This document shows, piece after piece, positions 42,001 to 55,364 of a DNA stretch of 64,000 bases. The DNA is from Chrysomallon squamiferum (lineage: Eukaryota > Animalia > Mollusca), in contig CM022669.1 in NCBI GenBank assembly GCA_012295275.1, forward strand, positions 1,426,001 to 1,490,000. The letters are read 5' to 3'. A program made the position numbers and the translations under genes. A model generated the notes under the pieces. It was given only the letters and a program-made list of their open reading frames with translations. It had not been told where the DNA came from and made no database searches. Position 1 is the first letter of the stretch; every line of letters starts with the position of its first letter.

Positions 42001-45000
42001 TGGATCTGAGCCAGTGTGATTTTTAAATGATCAGTTTATCTTTCTGTATACCTATACTATATTTTTCAGACTCCAGAAAGAATTGATCAAGTCTCTAGAA
42101 ACACCAGAAGAAAAAAGAGCAAGAAGATTAGCTAAAAAGGTACACAAGAAATATTGCCAGCAACAGACTTAACATCTTAAATGGAATAATTTTCTTCCAG
42201 ATGTAAACATTTTATTTAAGTATACGTGAGTTAACAAGACTGGTTGGAGTACACTTTGTTCTTTGCATAGTTAAAGAACTGTAACTCATATACTGTAAGT
42301 ATTTATGTTGTAAATAAACACTTTACTGTACATGATGTGTAACATCCACTGTGCACTGCTCTCAACACATTCTTGATGTAATCACATTAGGTTAAAACTT
42401 GTCAATGTTTCTCTGACAAGAGAGACAAGCTGACAATTTGACGTATTCCAGTCATCTGTTAATGTTAAGTCTTTACAAGGACAAGTCAATGTAACAGTCA
42501 ATGAAGGAGAGTTTAAAGTAAAAAGCATCACAAATTGAGAACCTGAGGTAGATGTGACTGTTTATACTGTCATAATAAACATTATTAAGATGATTGTGTT
42601 ACATTTGATTTCCTACAGCATTTCTGGTACATAGTAACTGACATCTTACTCAAATCAAAATACATATTTGCCTGAATGTAACTGATTTTATGTTGCTAAA
42701 AAAAAAAAAAAAATTTCAGGCTATATTTATTAAGTACATTTATTTTTTTTAAAAAGAAGAGAAAATATGAAAAAATTAGTTTATAAAATTTTCTCATTTG
42801 TTTTTCAGGAGGCAAAAGAAAGAAGACGTAAAGAAAAAATGGGCTGGGATAAAGACTACATGGTACAATTAATATTTACAGTCAAATACTTAAAATTTTG
42901 TACAATTAATATTTACAGTCAAATACTTAAAATTTTGTACAATTAATATTTACAGTCAAATACTTAAAATTTTGTACAATTAATATTTACAGTCAAATAC
43001 TTAAATCTTTGTGCAATTAATATTTACAGTTAAATACTTAAAAAATTTTACAATTAATATTTACAGTTAAATCAAATACTTAAATGTTTGTACAATTAAT
43101 ATTTAAAGTTAAATACTGAAAATTTTATACAATTAATATTTAAAATTAAATCAAATACTTAAAATTTTGTACAGTTAATATTTACAGTTTAATCAAATAC
43201 TTGAAATTTGGTAAACTTAATATTTACTGATAATTAAATATTTATAAATAATTAACATGATTTTTAATTAATTAATAAAGGTGTTCAAAATATTTATTTC
43301 TGTTATCTGAGACACATTAGTGTGTATTATATTTAAATTTTTGTTACAGGGTTATACTAATGTTGATAATCCGTTTGGTGATGAACATTTGCTGGATGCA
43401 TTTGTCTGGGAGAAAAAGATGGGTAAAGATGGCCGAAAAGATTTCACTCGAACTGACATGCAAAAAATGGCAAATTCAAAAATGGGTGAAAACAGGGTAA
43501 TTTCACTTTATAGTTTAGTTCAATACAAAAAAAAATATTTTACTTACTTATGGTTATGTAGATCGCTCTGTCTGTCTGTGTCTGTCTACCTATCTTTCTA
43601 TCGGTCTTTCTAGTGGACTCTGTCAAAACTGGATTCACTTCGGACCAACCAGATATGCTGTTTTAGACAAAGTGCTGCTGTATAAAGATTAAAATGACCT
43701 AAAACTGGAATGTGTTTTTTTATGAATGTTGCAGTTAAATGTCTATTGAATGTCAGCTGAGAAATACTCTGTCATTGTTGACTGCCTTCAAAGAAGCACG
43801 ATCATATTGTCTCATGCAATTGTCTAATTAAGAAGCACTTGCAAATTGTGTGCCAGTGTTGACAATTCTAATTACTATATAAATTGTTCTTTTGTCCTGG
43901 ATTTTACAACTGGAATCTGAAGTAGATTAGACAAGTTTTGTTCATAATAGGTAATGATAGCTGCATGAGACTTTAAAATGGTGCTGGTTTACACAGAAAT
44001 CCAGATTAGGCAAAGGCCTATTTTCACAGAGTCCTGTGTGTGTGTGTATAAATAAACATGTAAACTGAGGTCTCGCTACATTCTGTAAGAGATCTCAGGT
44101 CCACTGTCACTTACAGCTTACAACGAGTTCACCTGCCATTTGTCAGCAACGGCAGCAACATCCACCACAACCCCATTATATTTAGACTGGCTGTCATGCC
44201 GTTGTTTTGCACTTTTGGGGTAAACAGTTCATGTGTCTTGTCCCTAAACAAAATACATGTAATCTGAAGCAATGACTGTCATATTTACAAAGGGACTCAA
44301 TCCGATTCCTCTGAAATGTGCTGCTGCTCATGATGCTCGTGTAATCAAGGCTACTGTAGCAGGCACAGCACAGCTAAATTATCGCGCATGAATTTCAGTG
44401 ATTGCTACAAATTTTTGAACATGCAACAGTATAATAATTATGGCATCTTAGATACATAAACAACTTTTTAAAATATCATCTTCGTCCTTTGAAAAAAGGT
44501 ATGCACACAATCTGCACAGTATAAAAATAATTATTATTAACAATGCATTGCCAACTGAATGTCACATTCTCATAAATATTCTTTATCATACTGCATGGCG
44601 ATTTTTTACTTTCAAAGCAAACAATCTTACATTTCATACATGCACACAAACATGTATGTATATATATGTATATATATATATATATATGTGTGTCTGTGTG
44701 GGTTTGTATGTATATTATATTATTTTGTATAAATATATTCATGTAAAGAATACAATTCACTACTTTTGTTAGTAGTTAATGCATTTGATGCATTTATTTA
44801 TAAGAGTATTTATGTCAAACAAAGTAATTTGAACATTGTTCAAAGTACTTGTACCCTGGATATTTTCAGTACCATATTTTTGTTTAACTTTCACAAATAT
44901 ATATATATATATACATATATATACACAGAGTGTGTTTTACTGTTTATCTTAAATAAATCTGGAGATGGTAAAACATCACTTATGTTATTTTTTTTCGAGA

Positions 45001-48000
45001 AAATTTAAAAGAAGATAAAACTGACATATATTAATTTATTATATGATATATTTTTATCTGTTTTTATTTAGAGAGAACTGGAGAAAGTAAAACAGAGAAG
45101 ACTTGAGAGAGAGAAGGAGCTGGAAGAAAGAGAGAATGAAAGAGTTTGTATTCATGTCTTCTTTTTATCTTTGCTTTAAGAGGTTACACCCTGGAATATA
45201 TGTTTTCATTCACATCAGTTTTTTTTTTTAATAGAATCATTTTTCTGTTGCTTGTAAAACTTTACAGATATTTTAATTTTTTATGCGTTTTTTAAATGTC
45301 CAACTAGCATCTTTTAAGAAAAATGTTGTTAGTTATTACAGATGTTTAGAAAGTTTATAAATTTCCTGTGTTCGTGTTGTAGGAGAGGTTACAGAGAGAA
45401 AAAGAAGCGGAGTATTTCAGGGAGTGGGAAAAACAAGAGGACAGTGTAAGTGAAACGTTTCTTTTCAGAACGAATCATCAGTGTTTCATTTCTCTGATAT
45501 CAGAACAGAAACTTTTATTTCATCATCTGATAAAACATTTAGTAAAACAACAAATAACTTGCTGTTAAAGCTATTAATTAGTATTCTATAGCAGGGTGCA
45601 CTCTATCATCTGATCACCCATGTGAAGCAGGTCAAAACCTTATTTCATGTCATCTGCCTGTGACTGAAAATGTCCATGTATTTAATTATGTACCAAGATG
45701 CAAATAACCATTGTTTGTAAGAGACTGGGATTTACTTTTGATTCATTGTTTTCTGCTGGTTCCTGTTACTATCTGCACAAGTAAACCTGTAGAGGACATA
45801 CTAGCGACCAGTCTGTCAAACAGTCTGAAAGTGTTTGGAAAACCTTGGCCTTGTAAACCTATTTATAGGTTTAGTCAGAATACCTTGGCCATGTCTATCT
45901 TAGATCCCTGAGCTTTTCCAAAATTACACTGTGCTGAAATGTTTTCATTTCCTACAAATATACCAAATCTACTATTACCAAATGTCCAGTTGTCACTGCA
46001 GATGATGTCAATACAAGCTGTCATTGCCTGTGCATGTGTGGGTCATGTGTCAACAAACCAGTTATTTGTCTTTTTGCACATCAGGTGAACAAGTTGCATA
46101 TTGTAATGACATCATGATTAGCATGTTATTGGTTGCAAACCTCATTTCGGCCATAAAATCACTTTATTCTCTCTAAGAATGAGCCTTGGTAAAACATTCA
46201 AGATGTTTGATTTAATTTAATTACAACAGCTTTTAATCAAACTGAAACGAGTACTGTTTTCTTCTTTTGTGGTTTTAAGATAGTTTAAACTAAATGACAA
46301 GTTAAGTAAAAAATAAAATATATAACTGTTGTAACTATTAAACTAATATCATAGATATAACTGTATTAATATTACACTAATATTCTGAAATACATAACTG
46401 TTATAACTATTAACTGATACGATGGCATGTAGAAACAAATTTTTTTGCTAAAATTAGATCTTTATGATTTTGAATAAATGAACAAACACAGACTTAATTT
46501 ACAACAGGTATTTCCATTTGCTATAAATGTTTAACTAATGTTAGAGAGCTATTAGTATATAAAAAGTTGCATGCTCCTGTTATTCTACTGTTTTGTAATG
46601 ATGCTAATTTTTTCATTGAAAAACAGTTTCATCTCAGCCAGGCAAAACTAAGGTCACAAATTAGAATACAAGATGGAAGAGGTAAGTACTTGTATTGTCA
46701 GAAATACATGTATGCGTTACTCTTATTCATCAGCATTAGTATCAGTTTGGTAGTGGGTAATATTCAGTGTATTTTGGATAGGGTTGTTATTTAATGATTA
46801 ATGGTATATATCATTGTTAACACCGAAACAATTGATACATTGTTACTGGTTCAGTTGTATTACTTGAAGTATACCTTTGGTGATAAAAATGAATAGTTTA
46901 AGAATACATTTTGTAATTCCAACTCCAAGTGACTGTTTTTAGTGCAGGTCACCACTAATATAATATATGAGAAGATACGACAGTGAAGTCAAACTGTTAC
47001 AAAATATATAAACATTGCCATTTGTAATTCTTTATGATCAGATACTGTATATGCAGATTACTCAGGTGTGGTGCAGAACTTTTTTTTGTGAGATCTGTTC
47101 TGACAGATCAGTGGTAATAAATTGTTTCAGACCAAAATAGAGAATGTTTAGAATAATAATTTCATCATTTATTTAACACTAAAGGTGTATGGCAGTGCAC
47201 AGGTGTTTTTCAAATGTCTCCTTTTGTTGTGGAATGAGTACATCTTGGTCCTTTACTATTATTACAGTGTTACTTTTTCAGGGTATCAGCCAAGCATGAA
47301 ATATCTGCATCCACAGAAGAACATTTTTCATTAATTGTAACATTACTGGGATATTTTTTCCAAAAATTAAATCTCTTATGTATACTGAGTGTACCTTTTA
47401 ACTGTTTGAATTCTTGATAAGGACATTTCATTTAAAGTAAATAATAATAAAATATTTGTATTTACAGCTAAACCAATAGACTTGCTGGCTAAATATATCA
47501 GTGCTGAAGATGATGAACTTGCCATAGAAATGCATGAACCTTACACATATCTACATGTGAGTTGTTTAGATACATGAATCATTCACATAATCTACATATC
47601 AGATGCTTACATGAACAATAAAAATACAGATCTACATATGAGTTGTTTACATGATATAAAATGTATTTACATGTGTTTACATCACATATATTTGTCTGAG
47701 TGGTTTGTGAACATACATGATGCAGTTACTTACTTGTGTAGATGACATGTTTGTTTTCAGGGTTTGACAATTGTTGATATTGAAGATCTGCTAGAAGATA
47801 TTAAAGTTTATCTGGAACTGGAGGAAGGAAAGAACACTGATTACTGGAGAGATATTGTCACAGTAACCGAGGATGAACTCAATAAACTGCGCAAGATGGA
47901 TACAAATAGCAGAGGTTTGCAACTTGATAAATTGTCACACATTTCTCTTATATTCTGCTTTAAAGAAAGAAAGAGACTGGTTTATATAAGAGCTTATTTT

Positions 48001-49050
48001 GAGGCACTGTTGCACATTTTAGTCACTACTCACTGTTGCACATTTTAGTCACTACTCACTGTTGCACATTTTAGTCACCACTCACTGTTACACATTTTAG
48101 TCACTACTCACTGTTACACATTGTAGTCACCACTCACTGTTGCATATTTTAGTCATCACTCACTGTTACACATTTTAGTCACCACTCACTGTTGCACATT
48201 TTAGTCACCACTCACTGTTGCACATTTTAGTCACCACTCACTGTTACACATTTTAGTCACTACTCACTGTTACACATTTCAGAGTACATTGGAGACAGAC
48301 GGGAGGGTATTCACCAGGCCGTGACCAGTGAGGTGAACAGTGTGTTCAAGGGCAAGACAACAAGTCAGCTGCGACTGTTAGAAAATCAGATCAAGGAGAA
48401 ACTGAAAGGAGGTGAAGGAATTGATATTGGTGAGTGTGTTTGGAAATGTAAACTGTACAGTAGGTGTTTAAAAAATGTGTTAAAAATTCTTCAGTTTGTA
48501 CTTTAGTTGGAAGTAGTTTGTAGCTAAATAGATAGGGGTGAGTTTTATGTCAGCAACTAGAGATGGTTTGCAGTAAATAATGGTTGTTTGTAAATGCAGT
48601 TCTTAAAGATGTTTGTAGTAAATAATTGGAGGTGATTGCATTAATTAGGTTTGTTTAATTGTGTATTTACTCAAATTTATCACATCTTGACTTACATCAC
48701 TGATAGTGAATGTTTGTAAGTATTTATCACATATGTATAAATCAGTCCAGAAATAGTGCTGTTTTTATAACTGTTGATTCTAGCAGTCAGTGTGCAAATA
48801 TTACTCTTTCTAGAAATGACTACAGAAATGTTATTGTTTGAAGATGAGTAAAATGTAGATATTACTGTTTCTAGAAATGACTAACTGTTACAAGATAAGT
48901 AAAATGTAGATATTCACAGGTTACTGGGAGTCGTTGCTGCAGCAGTTGAAGGCTCACATGGCGAGAACACGACTGAGAGAAAGACATCAAGATGTTCTCA
49001 GACAGAAACTTCACAAACTGAAACAAGAGGTTAGTTAATAAAACTTCAGA

Positions 49051-49083
<33 letters not shown>

Positions 49084-52000
49084 AGTGTGTGTGAGTGAAA
49101 AGAGGACACAGTAGGTAAGAAGTAAAGAATATTTACAGTGTGTATTGTACTGACAATTATCACTTCTGAGTGGATGGTAGTGACTTCATTTGTTTTTGAG
49201 AAGATGAATGTAGAAATGTGAGAAGTGTATTTCAGATGACAAACTCAAAGACACAAATTTATGGCTGTTAATAAAATAGAAAACAGTGCTACTTTCAGTG
49301 GACAGGTTGTCATCACATGCACAGTGTTGTAAACTGGCTGGAACTGTCCACTACAGAACATGCCAGTGATAGGACCATTTTGTAGATTGATTTGTGTGCC
49401 AATAACTGGCAAAAGACTGAAATGTATTAGTTTTAAAAAAATATTACTTAACTCGGTTTCCTTCAGGGAAAGACCTGCAGCATGGAGTAAAGTGTTTGTT
49501 TTAAGTGTTGCCAAATGTCAAATAGATAGGTTGATTAGTGTAAACCTCTCCTGGGCCGCTGTGGTGACAAGTGAGTTATATCAGTAAAATTCCAAAAACT
49601 TTAGTGTCTGACTTTCTCAAATGAAGGGCTCAGGAAACATTGGTGCAGAACTCCCACATTACCAATTTGACAGATAGAAACATCAGTGTCTTTAATAGCA
49701 TACAAAATAATCTTCAGCATCACAAATAACCAAACAACATATCCATGTATTAAAACTGTATGTAGATAATGTTGTAGATAATATTTCTGTTCAAGTGAGA
49801 GTTGTTTAAAATTGTATGAAGAAAGTGTGTTGCAGATGAGTCTGACTGAGAGCTGTTGAAGTTTGTTAGTAAAACTGTGTTTCCCAAGCAGCTTCAAGAT
49901 TATTTTTTCTAGATATTCATTCAGTCTCCACACACCTGAAGACATGTTGTTTAGAACTTTTTTATTTTATGTAAGAACAGGTCACAACTTTTGTCACTTT
50001 GTCATGTGTATATTTTATGTGTTTTTTCATATTGTTTTTGTATTTGATTCACAGCAAGGCATTGAGACCGGACCTTTGTTTCCAGTTGTGGAAATGAGTT
50101 GCTCAGAGGAGAGACAGACTGACAGTGGGACCGCAGCAACTTCAGAGACGAGCAGAGAAATGATCCAGTCAGAGTCTGCTGACACTTTACAAGAACAACA
50201 CATAGAAGAAGAGTAAGAATTACAATGTTTTTACTTTTATCTTCTGTTAATTCTTTGTTGTCATATTTTAAATGATCACTTCTTTCTCTTCACATTGCCG
50301 GTTTCTTTTTAAATATACAGTAAACCTTGCCTAAGTTGTTTGCATTTAAGTTGTCTAAGTCCTCACTTTTGTGAAAGTCCTGTTTTTTTGTTATTGCTAA
50401 TAAAATATCCTGGTCTAAGTCATTAAAACTCAGCTGTCACCTGATGCTTGGTTTCAAGTAACACAAACCACAGTTAATTTCTAGCTCTGTGGGAAATCTG
50501 TCGAAACAGTCTCGCACAATTTACCTGCTGTTTCAGTTTTGACAGGTGCTGTGCATTGGGATACTGATGTGCACATGAACTGCCTTGTTAACATATTATT
50601 TTGGAAAGCAGTGCTCACAATAGTGTACAAAATGGTGACTAGCAGAAAGAGACAGCTAATAACCAAGACTTGCAAGGACAAGTTTGAAATTATTAAATAT
50701 TGTGAACCCAATCCTGGCAAAAAAACGTCTGATGGTGGAGAGATTCAAAATTCACTGCACAACATTAAATGACATTTTAAAAAACAAATCTAAAGTGATT
50801 GAGGCCATTGAGAAGGGTGAGCATCCCAACTCAAGTAGAGGCTGTATAGAACGCATCAAGCACATGACATTTGAAGATGTTGACTACTCATTAATTAAAT
50901 GGTTTGGACAAATGGCTGCTAGACCTGACATTTGTGTCAATGGTGAAATGCTACTTCATAAAGCACAAGACTTTGCTGAGCAGCTTGGCCACGAGGATGG
51001 TGAGAAAGTGAATGACAGTTGAACTGATTGTTTTAAGGAAAGTTGGGGAATCGGAAAAACACTTAAAGCAGGTAAAATTTAGGGTGTTAATTCAGCAGAA
51101 GTTGAAGAATTGAAAACATAAAACTGAAGGACATTCTCCAGAGATATGAACCACAGGACATACATAACACCAGTGAAAGCAGTTCATTTTGGCTGCTTAT
51201 ATCAGAGAACACGATAGGAAAAGTCATCATTTTGCAATAGTCATTATGACAAGTTTTGCACAAGTCATCAGAAAAGTCATGGACCTGAAAATGACAATTT
51301 AGGCAAGGTTTATTTTATTAGAAATATCATTAATTATTTTATTTTATTTTATGAGAAAAGTCTTATTTTCATTTCTGTTTTAATACACATCTGAACTGCT
51401 GTTACTATGTTATTTGAGAATTGTCAAATTTTCTTCTATTTTAAAACAGATCTGAAGTATTAATTACTGAAGAAGATTTAGAAAAGGATGCCATTGATGA
51501 ATACATAGCAGGAAATTACTCACCGCGACTGTTCCAGCCTGCTGAACTTGACATTGATGCTATTGTTTATGACACAGTTGATGACTTTCAGAAACTGGAA
51601 CTGGCAAGAACACAGGTGTTAACAATAGGAAAGGTCAAGGTGAGATCAACAAAAGATTTTATTCTGTAGTAAATGATGGTTACTTATCACAGCTAATTAA
51701 TAAAGAAACTTTTAACAAGAAATGTGCAGGTAACATTGTCAAGAAAAACATTTGATGAGCATCACTTATTACAGAGTGATCCACATTCATTAGCTGAACA
51801 TTAAATAAATGTAATTAAGCAGAGACTTAGAAAACTGTAGTAACCAGGTTTAACAAAAGCTTTGTGTTACAGCTGGATGCAGAGACTGAGTTTGAGAAGG
51901 CTGCGAGGGAGGGGATGAACGATGACGAGGCTCAGTTCAGTGTGGAGCTGGCTCTGGACAAACAGGCTTTCTTGTGGTCAGATAAATACCGACCCCGCAA

Positions 52001-54196
52001 ACCTCGCTTCTTCAACAGAGTCCACACGGTAAAATACCTTTGTCTCTTTATTTATTTACTTTATCTTAATGTTATTTTTTATTATTATGATTATTAATTT
52101 AAGCAAGATTTGATTTCATTTTAAATTCGACAGTAACAAACTGACAGTAACCTACATCAAAACTGAAACGAGATTAACCAAGCTGTAAATACGACTAACA
52201 CTGTGGTGACATTTTGACAGCTTCGTTACAGATGTAATGGAAAAGAAAGTAACTCTAAAGATCTGTAACACTGCAATTTGAAAAACTATTATTTAAAATG
52301 GTTTAACTGAACACAGCTACGTTCTCATCATTCTCAGACCACAGCTGAAGGGAAATAACAAAGTGTTTTCTATAAAAATCAGACCACTTTGTTCACAGAA
52401 TATTTTACCCAAATTTATAAACCTGATAGTTAGAAAATTATTTAAAATAATTTGTTTGTCATTTGTATCAACAAAACATACTTGTAGATTTGACTATTAG
52501 ACCACTAGGTAGTTATTGTTTTTAGTAACATTCACTATGTCAAGAATAAAAGATGTATTAGGTCAGCTTTTCTGTCAAATTATTCTTTGTCAGTGCATGT
52601 GTGAAAATCTGTAGCATGTCAAGACATGAAGTAATCAACTGCTGCATCAGTCACTGTTAGCACAGAGACATTGAGCCATTTCACCTTGTTTAGCCAAATG
52701 ACTAAGTCAGAATATTGGATTTACAAATGTAAACTTAATGTGTGTCAAATTCCAGTTTTAAATAATAAAAAAAATTATGTAAATTGTGTATTGCTAACTG
52801 ACATTATAAAGATAGTTATTAAAGTTAATAATAACAGATTTCTAGAAATTAAACACTTTTTTGAATCATCATCAGCTTCCAGGTTATTCTGTGTATATAA
52901 ATATGTTCCTCTAATCATGACATGTGAACTCCACAGCATTCCTTGAACAGTCAAAGCTGCTGTTAACTGGAAGTAAATACAAAAGATTAATATTTAAACC
53001 TCATTGTGACAACATAACAAAAACATTAAATGTTAAAATTTGGAAAAAACAGTTTAATTTTTTTATAATTTTTTCTTTTTCTCATTTTCACATTGTGCAC
53101 AATTCAGCTGTTTTCCTAGATCACACATGTAAAATAAAAATAGTAGGAAGCATTTAGATTACCACAGTTTGTGTTAGTAGTTAATTGTAAATACTTGGAA
53201 ATGTTTTTCAGGGATTTGAATGGAACAAGTACAACCAAACTCACTACGATATTGACAACCCTCCTCCAAAAATTGTTCAGGGCTACAAGTTCAATGTAAG
53301 TACAATCACTGAGTTTTATTTTCTTATTAATCATTATAGGTTATATGCAACAATAAGTTCGAAGTATAAACTTTCTTTTATGGCAGTCCATTCACACCAC
53401 TGGTGACATTTGAATATTTTCTTTTTCAGATATTTTATCCTGATCTGATAGATAAAACAGACACACCAGAATACACAGTGGTAAGTAAAACTGAAATTAA
53501 TTATACATGTACTGAATCTTTGTTCTGGCAGGCTTCAGACCAGAGATGGCCCAAAGTTCTGGTTGCAGGCTAAATACAAAAATATAAAACAAGCGATTAA
53601 ACGTAAAGAATCAAACTATTTAATAGCTTAGTACACAGCAGCAGTCACACTGTACAGTAGTAAAACAAACTGAAGTTTTTGTTTTAATGACTGATGAATG
53701 TTTTGTCACTGTTTCTTACAGACACCATCAGATGATAACAAAGACTTTGCTGTTCTCAGATTTCACTCAGGTCCTCCGTACGAAGTAAGTTCTCTCAAAA
53801 CATCATTAAAAACACAGTGTTACATATTTGATAATGAAAAAAATGTCTTTATCTCACATTTAGAATGACCAGTTCAGTAACCATCAGTTGTCACATACAT
53901 GGTTCTAAAACACGTAATTCAGCATCACTGTACACATCAGTAAATGGTTAATAAAGATCCATACACAGAGTGAAATGTTTACAGAAATAACTTGTACATA
54001 AAATTTACATAGTTTTGATTACATTTTTTGATTCTACTACTTTTAATGACACTTTTATATTTAATTTCAGGATATTGCATTTAAAATAGTGAATCGAGAA
54101 TGGGAGTATTCCTATAAACGTGGATTTCGTTGTCAGTTTCAGAACAACATCTTTCAACTGTGGTTTCATTTCAAGCGATATCGATATCGGAGATAG
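38298..54196 (+). CDS. CACTIN: Cactin (spliceosome C*/P-complex factor); complete, 19 exons, about 744 aa
   Basis: Exons: 38298-38371, 41169-41540 (RS/K-rich), 42070-42139 (ETPEEKRARRLAKK), 42809-42862, 43350-43496 (GYTNVDNPFGD), 45072-45143, 45383-45445, 46627-46681, 47468-47556 (KPIDLLAKYI), 47761-47914, 48283-48429, 48920-49029 (YWESLLQQL), 50055-50212, 51450-51639, 51873-52028 (WSDKYRPRKPRFFNRVHT), 53212-53295 (GFEWNKYNQTHYDIDNPPPKIVQGYKFN), 53430-53480, 53722-53784 (FHSGPPYE), 54071-54196 (LWFHFKRYRYRR*). The total is 2235 nt, all introns are GT-AG and phases are consistent. Confidence 0.97.
41270..41446 (+). repeat. In-frame 90-bp (30-aa) tandem duplication in the Cactin RS-rich exon 2
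   Basis: SSDRSAGRSKSHRSRSYNKRKKRSDSS and SSDRSAERCKSHRSRSHNKRKKRSDSS, offset by 90 nt. Confidence 0.9.
42863..43230. repeat. 37-bp tandem repeat starting exactly at the Cactin exon-4 donor GT
   Basis: gtacaattaatatttacagtcaaatacttaaaatttt occurs at 42863, 42900, 42937, 42974 and 43011, followed by decaying copies. Confidence 0.92.
43611..44038. mobile_element. Probable non-autonomous TIR element (MITE, Tc1/pogo-like ends) in Cactin intron 5
   Basis: Imperfect inverted ends AGTGGACTCTGTCAAAA and TTTTCACAGAGTCCTGT lie about 430 bp apart. No coding capacity is visible. Confidence 0.5.
48005..48282. repeat. 26-bp tandem repeat ending in the Cactin exon-11 acceptor
   Basis: About 10.6 copies of cactgttgcacattttagtcactact. 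The last copy reads catttcag, followed by the exon. Confidence 0.93.
50318..51315 (+). mobile_element. Decayed pogo-family (TIGD4/TIGD6-like) transposon in Cactin intron 13
   Basis: TIRs CAGTAAACCTTGCCTAAGTTGT / ACAATTTAGGCAAGGTTTA with TA flanks. The transposase remnant at 50632-51210 has stops and frameshifts: KRQLITKTCKDKFEII, TTLNDILKNK, FEDVDYSLIKWF, VNGEMLLHKAQDFA, ILQRYEPQDIHNTSESSSFW (a degenerate DIxNxDETGLFW). Confidence 0.88.
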
Positions 54197-54211
54197 TAAC
54201 ACTGGTTACGT

Positions 54212-54442
54212 GTTTGTGATGGCTGTATCAGACTTGCAGTTTGTGATGGCTGTATCAGACTTGCAGTTTGTGATGGCTGTATTAGACTTGCAGTTTGTGA
54301 TGGCTGTATCAGACTTGCAGTTTGTGATGGCTGTATCAGACTTGCAGTTTGTTATGGCTGAATCAGACTTTTGTTTGTCAATGGTTGTATCAGATTCAAA
54401 GTTTGTGATGGCTGTATCAGACTTGCAAGAAAAAATGGCTGT
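54212..54442. repeat. 27-bp tandem repeat in the Cactin 3' UTR
   Basis: About 8.5 copies of tttgtgatggctgtatcagacttgcag, starting about 16 nt after the stop codon. Confidence 0.92.
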
Positions 54443-54647
54443 AAAGAAGACTTAGTTTGTGATATATGTATTAAACTTGCAATTTTATAGAGCTGGAAAA
54501 AGTGAAAATAAATTTTTAAATTTTCAGATTCCACATTGTTATTACTGAAAATATTTTTTTGTTCTCAATTGAAAAGATTCAAATGTTACAAGGAAAAGTT
54601 TATATAAAAAAATTTGTAAAAATACAGAATTAACTGGATATAATGTA

Positions 54648-54690
54648 AATAAATACACAATTTTGCAAATAAAAGTTTATCTAAAATAAA
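54648..54690 (+). terminator. Candidate Cactin polyadenylation signals
   Basis: Three AATAAA hexamers are clustered about 450-490 nt after the stop. The AT-rich background makes this weak. Confidence 0.35.
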
Positions 54691-54894
54691 TACATACAAA
54701 CTTTTTAATTTAGTTTTAACATTGTTCAAAAGAAACAATCACTTTTATGTTGTTGATATTAAAATAAACAAATGTTACAAGGAACAGTTTATATAAAATG
54801 GCATTTGTGTTAAACAGCAAAACTATATTGAATCTAAATGCAACACATTTGTTTATTTGTAAACCAGACAAGTTTGGTCTCTCTTATCACATAT

Positions 54895-55152
54895 GAAAAC
54901 AAACCCCTTTGGTCATTTATCAGTTATTTTAAAACAAACCCCCTACATTGGTCTATCTTAAACAAAAACAAACCCCTACATTGGTCTATCTTATCAGTGG
55001 TTTTAAAATAAACAAATTGGTCTGTCTTACATTGGTCTATCTTATCACTGGTGTTAAACCCCTACATTGGTCTGTCTTATCACTGGTGTTGAACAAACCC
55101 CTACATTGGTCTATCTTATCAGTGATTTTAAACAAATAAACCCCTACATTGT
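54895..55152. repeat. Degenerate ~35-45-bp minisatellite
   Basis: Units containing aaacccctacattggtctatcttatca. Confidence 0.8.
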
Positions 55153-55330
55153 ACATTATAGTTTATTTTGTAAATAAAGATTTGTAAAACATAAAACTTA
55201 TTTATGTGTGATGGTTGTTTTTTTTGACAGTATAATATAAACAAAATTTTTCCTTTAACCCTTTAACTTCTGTTAGAGAGATTTCTCTGGTGTTGTCTTA
55301 AGTAAAACTTTTTCTCTTGGGTGGGAAGAA

Positions 55331-55364
<34 letters not shown>

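Noticed and set aside
54120-54455. 111-aa ORF with VMAVSDLQF repeats
   Set aside because: It is an alternative-frame read-through of the last Cactin exon into the 27-bp UTR repeat, with no ATG start or homology.
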